DNA from: Raillietiella orientalis
Taxonomy: Eukaryota
Length of the DNA: 64,000 bases
Direction of reading: 5' to 3'
Assembly (NCBI GenBank): GCA_036172245.1
Contig: JAYWIR010000002.1
Span: 4,960,001 to 5,024,000 of the forward strand
In this document: piece by piece, positions 38,790-49,866 of the stretch
Layout: every line of letters starts with the position of its first letter
Position numbering within the stretch: position 1 is the first letter of the stretch
Notes under the pieces: generated by a model
The model's input: only the letters and a program-made list of their open reading frames with translations
The model's database searches: none
What the model was told of the DNA's origin: nothing
Position numbers and translations under genes: made by a program

Positions 38790-40360
38790 AGAATACCTAC
38801 CTTCAGCACGAAGTCTCTTACAACGCAAGCTTCAGCAAGTTGGTTCTCCCTTTCGTGAGTCATACTCTTGATTTTGGGATGTGGAGTCTTCGGAACATAA
38901 ATGCAGCTGAACCCTCCTCCTTTCCCCTGAGATCCTTGTTCTTCAAAGGCAAAGCTAAATTAAAGGCAGGTTAAATTCGTATTGCTGTTGTTCAGGGTTA
39001 CTTCATGATAGGAAACAATAAATGCGGTGTCAAACAGACAGGCAAAGACTGAGTTAGCAAGATAACCAGATGCCTGAGATCCAGAGCATGGGTAAAGAGC
39101 AAAATTGTAATTAAATACATAAATAAAATGAAAGAAGTTACACATCAGCATACTTGCAGCCATGTTTGCATATGCACACATTTACATCTATGCATATAAA
39201 GGCAGAATTAATGCCTTTTTATAAACATGTATACCCAAACACACACATACACGTAAAGGGGTAAGGTGATTGGGCATATAGGGTGGTGAGTCTTCCACGT
39301 TTATGTCTTTCTACCTTTTGTATTGTCTCTTTGCCACACATGAAATGTCTTAAACTGTTTTGCCCAAGCTTCATCCAGCAGTGGAGTCGCAAGGCTAACT
39401 AGCTGCAGCTGCACTAGAGGTTGAAAATTATCCAAAAGATTGGATCTAAATTCTTAGATTCACACAGGTTACGCTTTTTTTCGTTATCAATACATCAGAA
39501 AATTCATTTTTCAATATAGCCGGGAATAATTCTAATTTAACAGGGAATACAGAGAAAAACAGAAGTTTCCACTGAGTTTTGTGGACAATCAAATTGTTTG
39601 CATTCAGCACCTCTCGCTCTGATGTTTGGTTGACCACTTGAATAGATTTTCCGCTCTTATTCTATTAGATGTCCGCAAGGATAAGAAAGCAATCGTACGA
39701 TAAGGATAAGGAAGATAGGGAAGCTTAAGGAAAAAAAAAAAAAAACACTGCAGAGAAAAGCAAAAATAGGTCAGAAAGAAAATCCAAATTTTTATATTCC
39801 AGTATCTCAGATTTTTCTTGTGATGCTTCAAGGAGGATTTGGAAACTGGAAAAGGAAAAAAAATGGAAGGTTATTTGAAAATATCGGAGCAAATGGGATA
39901 AAAGCTAAATCTTCTGGCTTGCACATTGTACAAATCAGCATCCAAACAGGAAGCTGTCCAAGTTGGCTAAATGAACCTTGGCAGTAGCTAAATGTACAAC
40001 GGATCTGGTACGAGTAGTATTTTACTCCACATTTTTGGACCGTGATTTGCACAGAAACGGAAGTTACGGCAACTTACTTTTCTTGAGTGCTGTTGAACTG
40101 TCCCTCATTTTTCTTACACAGAACATGAAGCTGTTAAAGAGCCACAGCAATACTCAAGGATCATTTACTCGGAAAGTTATCCTTCGTGGAGTGTTCCTGC
40201 GACCTTGGGAAAGTGATCTCCCTTCGGAAGAGAGGAGAACCCGAGAAAAACTTCCGTTTTCCATCCATTCACACTGGACAGTAGGTTAAAAACAGAGTAA
40301 GAGCAGTGGAGATCTGAGGATGGACTTTTGCAAAACTTCACAGGGAACGACTTTTCTTGA
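38790..40360 (-). CDS. Exon group C of a putative Mab-21/cGAS-like (cGLR) gene; structure incomplete
   Basis: Candidate exons about 40357-40204, 40130-40078, 39445-39315 and about 38940-38801 read VKFCKSPSSDLHCSYSV, VQLQLVSLATPLLDEAWAKQFKTFHVWQR and GFSCIYVPKTPHPKIKSMTHERENQL. These follow the order of Mab-21 landmarks (P-x-E-x-D strand, third-Asp strand with WP, VPK then SFSxxE). Confidence 0.4.
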
Positions 40361-41177
40361 TCGGAAAATCAGGAAAGCATTGGTCCATCGAAAAAAATGA
40401 AACTGGTTTACTGACGAAAGAAGAAATCGGATTTCCATTTTCTAATTGATGATCGCTTATTGGGTCACTTCGAAGCCGTGTGTTGGGCTGATGTTCAGGG
40501 ATCAGGATTTTCAGATTCTATTCTAGGGGAGACCTTGGTATGTTCTCCCCGCTGATCGAATGCCATATTTTTCATATATATGATGCAGTTTTATAAACAG
40601 CCCCTTTTCTATCCAGTGATTTTGTTATCTGGGTTGAGTTTGATGTTATTCAGGTGATTGACCCCGATAACAGAACTACGTCTTTTATTTGTAGATTGTG
40701 TTATCGTACTATCGTATAACATAGTAGATAATTCGTAAGCATCCCATCTTATCTTCATGGAGAGTAAATATTCCCGTGAAATTCGCTAATGCTAAATGAG
40801 ATACACTGAATTTCCAAAATGCAAAAAAAAAGAAAAAAAGAGAGAAAAAAAAAACTGGTTTATCGTTTCAGATGTGTGTGTGTTTTTTGCATCAATTAAT
40901 TCCATCAATTTTTTAATAGCAAACTAAGAGAATAGGAAACTCTCTTTTACATCCCTTTTCGCAACCAATCTTTCAATTGCCTCGATTCCGACATTGGTAC
41001 TTTCAACGGATATTTTCATCAAGATGGCTTTTAATAGATGACTGCGACAATTTTCGCAATTGCATAGGATGGTATGAAAATAGCTCCCCAGTTTTCAAGG
41101 CCTATAACTTTACTCCTCTTCCTCAAAGCACGAGGAAAGTAATAGCAAACGACAGATGCACACTTCAAAGCTCTGTA

Positions 41178-41326
41178 AGCTGTTTCCACCTTTGTCCGCT
41201 GAGAGGAACGCTAACAGTACATAGCACCAGAACCATAGAAAACGTTCAAAGTTCTAGAACGTTTTCTGTGGTTCTGGCACTGTGCACTGTTAGCGTTTCT
41301 CTTAGCAGAGAAAGATGGAGACAGCT
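41178..41326. repeat. 149-bp inverted repeat (70-bp arms, 9-nt spacer)
   Basis: Arms 41178-41247 and 41257-41326 align without gaps and differ at 11 positions. Confidence 0.92.
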
Positions 41327-44300
41327 GCTAGCAGGGAGAATGTGTTGTTGGACAGACTGAATTTCGGCAAAGATTGGAATCTTCTAGCAAAGGTACATTC
41401 TATGGTTGGGTAACTCTCTACCATATTGGTGAGCTACGTGGGTCACTAAAGGAAAAATGGCAGAAGCGTGATCTGACCAGGTAAACTGGTGTGCAGGCTA
41501 ATTTAAGTAAAAGAAACACAACTGGACAGGCAGCCGAAATTCACAGAACATCAACACACAGGTGTGCCTCAGCTGAGCGTCTATGCTGTATTGGATTCAG
41601 TGTAGCACGGTCAATAATTTGGAGATTGCTGGAGGGGTGTTCACAGTGTAAGGAATTGCAGTATCTGCAAGTCTTGCCGGGATGAACAGGTGTGATTCGA
41701 AACCGACAAGACGGGTGTGAAGACAAAGACCCCGTGGAGAGTGCAGTCTTCGAGGAGCAGCTTATGTTCCACACAGGAAATGATAAGCAAAAGGAAGGAT
41801 GATGGAATCTGGAGACGAATCAATACGGGGAGCATGTTCTTGGCGCTTCAGTAGCGAGGGTGCTTCCTGTTTTGAGGATGGCAGATGTTCCTCCTCATTC
41901 TCTTTCCTATTGTCGTCGGAATCATATGCTTCAACATCCCAAACATCAAGTTTTCCACCAGGAGGATCCACCAATTAAGTCGCATCAAGAAGGAGTGCAA
42001 CTCTGCAAATCACGGTAGTTGCCAAGTCACTTCGGCCTTTTTTCTTTGTGCATTTCCAAAAAGGGAACTGGTTCGACCCTGAAATAATTCGCTGCTTGCT
42101 TTCCCAACGGGAAGGCAAAGCATTCTCGATTCCTGAAAATCTCAGTTGAGCAGAGCGAACGAGGTGAAATTAGTCAGGGCAGATTCCAGAGGAAGATTCC
42201 AATTCGCTCAGAGTTCTAACACAGGAAATGCAGAAGAATATTTCTAGAAAATAACTCTCGTGTTCGGTGTCAGACTTTCTCGAGACGGGAGCTTGTTCTC
42301 TGTGATCCTTTCTGTTCCTCAAGACAGAATTTGCTCCAGTTGGAGGCTGAAGCCTTGCTAACGATCACTTGTTCTTGTTCACAAGTCGACGAGAGACTCG
42401 AAACGGTAACTTCTTGGACTTCAACTCTAAACTGCTAACATCTATCATGCAGAAGAAAATAAAGGAAACTGAACTTCAGACCAAAACCAGAATGGACATA
42501 CCCTCAGCTTTTTCATTTTTCGGCCTAACAGTTCGAGGTTTTTCCAGTTTGATCTGTATATTTCGATTTCGACCAGGCTTCTTGGCTCATAAACTTGTCA
42601 ACAACCACATCAAGCTAAACCAGAGATTTCTTTCTTTCTTTCATCTTTTGCAAACAGATGTTCGGAAACGGAAGATAATTTTTCCTTCTGGAGCCCAGAG
42701 AATAGTCATCTCAGTTCCTGTTACCTTGGTGACCCTTCGTTAGATTGTGCGATGAAACCAGCCGTTTGCTTCAAGACTTTCCGTAGGAACAGTGCACCAT
42801 GCTGTATTTTATTTTTAATCTGCAAAGAAATGCGGATGTGTGTTTCCGCGTTTTGCAAGAAATGGCCTGCATTGCATGCAAGAGGATTTGTGTGCGTTGT
42901 GCACATTAATCTCTTCATCTTACCCCTCCGTTGGTGGACGTTTTGAAAGCACCGATTCGAAAGGGGAAAACAATCGAATTCGTTATGGAAAAGCCTGGAC
43001 CCCAGTATTCCTCCTCCCCTCCCCCCCCCCTTTTTTTTCCAGATGGCTTTGATTAACGGGAAAAAAAAGAGAGGTGATTTTTTGATCAGCGTCCCAGAGC
43101 ACCAGCAATTGCTAGAAACACAATCCAACTAGCTTAGCCAGGAAGGCATAGTAAGAAGGATGCTCCCTGTGCAGGGTAGAACAAAAACAAACTACGAACC
43201 AGTAAAACAGGTTCTTCCTCTGTGAAGCAACAAGCAGGGCTATCGAGGAGCTCTTCTCAGAAATGAGGTAATTGAAACTAAACAGCGTGAATGGTCAATT
43301 CGTGAATGGACTTTCGAACAGCCCATTCCGGAGTTTTTCATCAGATAGGCCTTTGAGAAAGGCTACTCTGGGAGGTCCACGGTGGAGTCAGTCCTCGATC
43401 TAGACCACGGATGCTGAGCTGCTGCTTGAGCATTGGTTCAAATGGATTGGAGTTTTTCAAACGAACTATCGTTTCCCCCTCCTGCCTTGACCATGAAATT
43501 TTTCCGATTTTTTCGGAATGTGGATCAGAGTTGCTCTTGTGTTCACCTTTCCTGATAGTTTGGGAAATGAATCCAAAATTGGTAGGGAGCTCTCACTCAA
43601 GCGCCGACGACTCGTGGTTCCGGTTTCCATGGAACTCCCGTGTCGCTCTCTACGTGTCCACAGTGCACGTTGCCCGACGGGCGCTACGTTGTTCAAAACA
43701 AAGGATCACGACCCACTCACTGGGTAGTGGCTGGCACTCGATCGACTCTCGTGGCGTGCCATTTTACCGCACATTAAGAGGAGCGTTCCACAAGCACAGG
43801 ATGTGTGGAAATCGGGGCGAGGGAACCACGTCGAAGGATATTTCAAGGATAACAAGAAATACCGGATTTCCCACATGCTACCTTTCTCCAGAGCCTCAAA
43901 GATTACGCGTCGTGGAACCAAACGGCCGATCCCCTCGAGTGTGGCCGTTATTCACTTGGAAGAGAGAGATCATTTCCGGAGAGGCTAGGCTCAGCTGTTT
44001 TTCTTTGCAGTTTCTCTGGTCTTCTGAGCTGCTTGCTACTCCTGGGACAATTCCACATTGTGCCGTAACCTGCTTTCAACCAAAGTCATAATTGAAAAAT
44101 TCCTTTTTAAGGTCGTCTCTTGTAAAAAAGAAGAAATTTTTTAAAAATGAGAAATCCCTATTCAGGAAGGCACGCTGCGCTGGTATGCAACTCCGATTCG
44201 TTGGAGAGAGCTGTTGGATGACATCAAGACTGGCATTGGAATGAGTGGGATCAGTCCCCTACTGTGACACTGAGAATACTGAAATTATTCCTCCTCTTTT

Positions 44301-45119
44301 ACGAGGAACAGCACGCGAACCATTTTGCAGAAGATACAGTAAGTCCACTGGCCTCACACGGAAAAAAACTGACAAGGAACCAAGGCTGAGAACAAAAAGA
44401 ACTTTCTCGACGGAAATGAAAATCTTTGATCTAAGTGGGTGGTTGCGTCCAACATCTGCGGGTGTTCAGTGAATTGTATTTCCCATCATATTGGATGGAG
44501 CAACAGAGAAAAGAAGAAAGACCCTCTAAGGCTGCGAGACCTTTAGGTGTCAGAGTTTGCTGATTATCATGAAGCTGTGTGCAAAACAGATGATGACAAA
44601 TTATGATTGAAGAACTTTCGAATCCCAAACTTAGGGAAAAGCAACCTTCTCGATGCGAGCCTTCCCTCCCTCTTTTCCACTTTCTTTCCAGATTTCATTC
44701 AGCAACACTCATCCCATGCCGAGAAACGGTCAGCTATTCTCCATCTTGTGTACTTTCGCGTGCCAGATAGTATGGATAATCCCAGAGGGTGAAGTGTCGG
44801 AGCCCCACCAGCATGACGGTAAGAGAACGGAACTCTGAGGTGTTTTGTTTAATGCACTCAAAACCGAAGAGTTAGTTTCCATTAGAAGAATCAGCACCTT
44901 CATATGTGTATGTGTGTGTGTTTCTTCGATTGTTTCCTCAAAAAATTTCTCACCAAGCATCTCACTCTTGGGATGACATTAATTATTTGAACAGTGCACT
45001 TCACAACGCTCCATTTCCGACTTCGGCGACTCAACATTTTTCCTAGAAAATCAGCTGATCCAGCTCCAGCCATTTCAGCAGCGCAGTGGACAACGGACGA
45101 GCTCAACCAAAAGTGCCTT

Positions 45120-47353
45120 TCCGTTTTCGTTCACCAGCTCGCGTAAGCCTTGCTCAAGACAGACAGACGTGGACTCCAGTGCAAGATTCGCAGCAGCAGG
45201 CCATTCCATCTACCGTGGACGCTGGTTTGTGGCAACAAACGAAAGCAAAGCAGGACGTGGACGGAACGTAGACCTTCTCCTGTCGTGCCGGAAGCAAGAG
45301 TACCTTTCTCGAGCCTCGTTTTTCCGTCAGTTCACGGAACCAACTTGCAGCTTCCGGTAGAGACAATTCGAGAACTGGGCTCCTTGATTATTTTACGCGT
45401 AGCTTAGCCGGGAGAACAGTGCACAGAACACGGATCGTACAAATTGGAAAAAGCTACTCATTTCTGTTGCAGTGATGAATTTTCGGAACATAATGAGACG
45501 CAGTCCAGGATCACTCAAGAAAACCAGCCTGCCTGCCACACGAGGGGGTCTCAGTCTCCCGCATTCTAATAGAAGCGTGCGCGCGGAACCTCCTTTACGA
45601 GATTTCAAAGCCTGCAGGAACTCATCGCACAAAAAAAAAAAAAAAGGCGCTTGCGACTTCTCTCGTAATTCTTGCACTGTCATGATCCTCTTATACGATG
45701 GAAACACAAATCAAGCTCTCTTTATTTTACCTGGTTGGTGCAGCAGGCTGGTCTGCAAAAATTTTTCGGTGGTTTCTAAAACTCAGGGTGCTTAGTTTGT
45801 ACATTTTTACATTTTCTTCCTTCATCACCTCCCTATCACCGCGAGAAAGTTTCTCCTGTTGTTTCCAGGATGACATTCTCAGAACTAAGTCTGTTGGAGA
45901 TTCCATCGCCATCACGACCATTGGGACAGCATGACGACTTTGCCGCTCAGCAAGTCGTCGTTGTTTCCTGGATACGCCCGAGTCGACTCCATCAGCCAGC
46001 TGAGCCCAAGCAGCTGATAGAGAGCTCGAGGTCACGAGACCCAGAGTGAATAAAGCCGTTTCCTGCGGAGCTTTCTGGAACTCTGGTTCGGGACTCATGT
46101 GAAGTCTGAAGGCGAGAATTGTCCCTCCGTTTTCCTTTTGAGCAGTGCGTTATGTCCTTCTTGCTGCATCAGATCACGTTAAAGATCATCACTTTAAATG
46201 AGCCGTTTTAAACTTTCGGTGTGATCTCCGCTTCGAGAGGGGAAAGCGCCAAAGTCCCAAGTCCGATCTGATCTGAATGGAGTTTGAGAAGAGCCAGTTG
46301 CTGTCAGGACGATGAAAGGGGAAACAGAATGCTGCAACACATCGAAAACTGCGAACATGGGCTACTCGAGTTCCTATTTCTTCTTCCTTACTTCTTCCTT
46401 GCATCCTCCTTCAGCAATTCAGGGGTGGTTACAATAAATGGGATCGGCACGGAAGTTCGAACTGTTCTTTCCCAGACAGAAAGTGAAAGCACAATCCTGC
46501 CCTTGAATTCTGCAAAAGGAATCGAACAACTGCAGTGCATACACAACCCATCCCCACTGTTATTATGAAGCAATAAGTGGCAACCTAAGGTGACGTCTGT
46601 ACTTATAGAACTTTTAAATTCATCTCTAGATTTCCATAATGTAAAGCGTTTGACAAAAGGAAGAAATCTACCTCAACAGAACCCTCTTGAGAGAGCAAAA
46701 CAATTTTGTTCAGAGACAAAGTCAGTGTGGCGGTCATTTGCCCCCCATTTTCCTCAAATGAAAAGCCTCTTGAACAAAACACTCAACCCTTAAGAAACCT
46801 TCCTTGCATCTTCCTTCCCAATCGCTGAGAAATTTTCAAACTACCTCAAGTTCCCCAAAACTCATGGAAGGTTTTGGTTTTGACTCATGCGAAAGAATCA
46901 GCTTTTTCTAGTGAAGTCCACGAGATCTGTACCAGTTTTTTTTTTTTTTTTCCAGGGGAAAAAAAAAAAAATGGTTGGAATAAGGAAAATGGCTACTTTC
47001 CATTTCTCTCGATTCAGGAACTTGTAGCATCACTTCTACTCTTGTCATTTCCAATGAAAGTTCGTGTGACCTTTGAATTCTGGATGGTCTAGTCCGGGTT
47101 TTAGTTCCTCTCCCTCTCACATTCGCCTTGCATTCGTAATTGGAACTTCGAAGGTTAGTCGAAGATTGCGTGTTGAGCGCATGCTGAAGAAACGCTCTCC
47201 AGAATGCCCGAAGAAAATGATTCTACACAGCAATGCCTCCTTTGAGTACATGATTACACTCTGAAGATCTCGCAGCTTTCTTTTCTCTTTTTTTGAAAAA
47301 GGTACCTCGGAATTAAAAGTTCTCTGTGTGACTTCCGGCGCCCACATCAACAC
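45120..47353 (-). CDS. Exon group B of a putative Mab-21/cGAS-like (cGLR) gene; catalytic acids apparently absent
   Basis: A phase-compatible chain runs 46509-46392, 46348-46193, 46105-45731, 45528-45397 and 45343-45304, with upstream exons 47353-47306 and 47260-47121. It includes a 43-nt intron typical of this genome. Motifs: [37 protein letters not shown] and KMYKL..[12 protein letters not shown]. Start and end are not resolved. Confidence 0.55.
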
Positions 47354-47795
47354 CTGCTAAACCACGTTTATAAGTTCTAGTGAATAGTCTGCAACCAATT
47401 CTATTCAAAGTAGCCCAACACATTGCCGGAACTCTCTCTACTTGAAGATGTCTCACTACCACCTGCCACATTTTTCTTCGCATATGAATATGTTCAGGAA
47501 GAAGGTGGGTGCGAAGAAAAGGAGAGTGACGAATGGTAGAGGACTTGTAAGATCTTTGGTGATAAAAAAAAAATGGTCGGAAGGCACGGTTTCTTTTGGT
47601 TCTTAAGGGATTTGTGCGAAATTCTTCAGAAGAAAGAATAGGTGTGATATGACGACAATTGCTATGATGAAAGGTAAAGTGTATATATACTTTTTAGTAT
47701 CTTGCATACTGAAAAGTTCCAAAGATATATGTGTGTGTGTATCTCTGTATCTACCTATATCTATATCTATCTACCAATCACCCCCCTCTCTCTCT

Positions 47796-47950
<155 letters not shown>

Positions 47951-48559
47951 ATCGAAATTCATGTATCAAAACTTCATTTGCCAATGAGATAAGAATAAAC
48001 TGTATATGTCAGTATATGCTTAACGAAAGAGCTGTTTCTGTTCAAATGCCAATTCCTTTGGTTCTTGTGCTTCGTCCCTATGTTGGTTTTGGTTATGTCC
48101 ATTCGCGCATGCACTCTCAAATTTCACCTCTTTATGTTTCGTGGATTTACACATATCTATTACGATGTGAATGGTACATGTGTTCACTACAATCCATACT
48201 ACTTTCCTATGTTGTTGATTCCAGTTTCTCTGGTGAGTGTCTTTCTCATGTTAATCGGGCAAGAATTCATTCAAAATTCGTCGTAGCTTCCGGCTAGTCA
48301 ATCATGGACCGTTAGATCTCATCATGGAAGGCAGTTGGAACGTCCCAAACCATCACATCTGCAAAAATAATGCGATAATAACGTACCTGCTCTTATGAAA
48401 CTTTTGGGAAGGGTGAGCAAAACTCTGGAGTTTTCATCCGCTGTCAATAGATGGCTTTGTGAGTTCGATGTGATCACCGTTTTGCTTTCAAGGCAACCGT
48501 ACAGGGAAAGCATGTACAGGAACCGTGTGAAGTGATTCACTGAGTACGAATCGAAACTC

Positions 48560-48800
48560 TGGAGCGCATCGGTGCTTCGGGATAGAGTTGGCCATCAAGG
48601 AGAGACAAGCAGAAGTTTGGAATTCCAACAGAAAGAAAGTTTCAGAGCACGCAACCAGGAAGACTTACTTAGCGACAACTTGGGATGGATCATGCGGAAG
48701 CTAGCCAAAATGGGATTGGCTTGCATAGCATCAACCACGATCCGTACGTGGTCGAAGAGGGTCAAACAGGAAGTACAGCGTGCGCACAGGGAATGAAAAT
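48560..48800 (+). mobile_element. Dispersed repeat, probably a decayed non-LTR RT C-terminal fragment
   Basis: Similar to 53960-54045 (GCATCGGTGCTTCGGGATAGAGTTGGCCATCAA vs GCATTGGTACTTCGGAATGGAGTTGGCCATCAA). The translation loosely resembles LGVxxDxxL..KA..LG. Confidence 0.35.
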
Positions 48801-48859
48801 TGCACAGGGCTCCCCAAAATGACAAAAGCGCAGAGGTTGCCTTGCACGCTTCAGCGTTA

Positions 48860-49020
48860 ACAAGAGAGAGCAACGAAAGGGTCGGGTTTGTACCAGGGAG
48901 AGTCCCAGACTGTGCCGGGTGAGGGGAGCGGGAAAACTTCCCGCACCTGTTGTTGGATTGTGTTGCCCTCCTGAGTGTCCGGGAACGCTTCGCTGCGGCC
49001 CTCCCCCACTCCCGATAGGA
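48860..49020 (+). mobile_element. Tx1/L1-type LINE zf-RVT fragment
   Basis: GERENFPHLLLDCVALLSVRERFAAAL matches GERESLPHLLVDCVALRPLWEYFAAAL at 16.9 kb. Confidence 0.75.
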
Positions 49021-49059
49021 GACGGCAGAGAGGTCTTCGTCGGAGGTCTGAGAGGCCCG

Positions 49060-49866
49060 CGTCGGAGGCTTTGTGATTAAGGCGTCCGCGCGTGGCACCA
49101 TGCGTCGTGGGTTCGAATACTTCGGCAGATAACTGACGCCACTGCGTCGTTTGGGTTCCGAGTTTCTCCTGCAACGGCGCTGATTGGCCGAGACATTCGG
49201 GCGTGGCTTCGGCGGTGGATAAAGCCGGAGGCCTCCCGATGAAGGCCGGAACAATGGGAGTCGACCTTCGGGTCCTCCCAGGAATCAAGGAGTGGGAAGT
49301 TTCCCCTCCGGTCGTGCAACGGAGAGCGGACCCCCGTCACCGGGGGACCGCCTCCGGTTTCAAGATGGAGCAGGAGCCATGACGGGGACCTCTCCAGTTG
49401 TTCAAAGTTGGGGGGATCCTCCGAGTCGTCGCCTCTTCACAGAGTGTGCACAAGGAAGCAAGCGAGAGCGATTCCCTGCGGGAAGCTGCAACTCCCCTTA
49501 ATTTCGTAAGCGTCCTTGCGGAGTTCTCTTCAGAGGAGTGAACAGGAGCGGTTCCCTTGCGGGTTCCCTGCGGAGAAGAAATTCCTACAAGCGGATCCTT
49601 TCCGGGTTCCCTTCGGAGAAGTTGAAATGGAGAGGACCACCCTCCCATTAGGGAGGTGTCCCTCCATTGAGAATGAGGAAGGAGATTCCCTTCGGGGTTC
49701 CCCTTCGGAGACAACCAGGGTGGGAGGTGCGATCCCCCCCGTCTGGGGGCATTCCTCCCCAAGCGTGAGAGGAACGGACTCCGAGCCCTTCCTGGATTCA
49801 TAGGGCGGACCCCCATCCCGGGGTGCCCCCTATCCTGAAGAATTACACTGAAGAATTACACACACC
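49060..49866 (+). mobile_element. tRNA-derived SINE, near full-length copy with a repeat tail
   Basis: B-box GGTTCGAATAC at 49110-49120. The body is colinear with 5118-5800 (-), and the 3' tail is (TGAAGAATTACAC)x2. Confidence 0.75.

Noticed and set aside
43411..44091. 226-aa plus-strand ORF, and short plus-strand exon-like frames at about 40.5, 41.4, 43.2 and 44.3 kb
   Set aside because: They have no recognisable domain and form no phase-consistent chain. Open frames of about 40 codons are expected by chance, and the region is probably coding on the minus strand.
46671..46825. Three in-frame TGA codons between two same-frame coding segments (selenocysteine or readthrough?)
   Set aside because: An ordinary intron ending in CTCTCTCAAG explains it more simply, and no SECIS was seen. 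The exact donor is unresolved.
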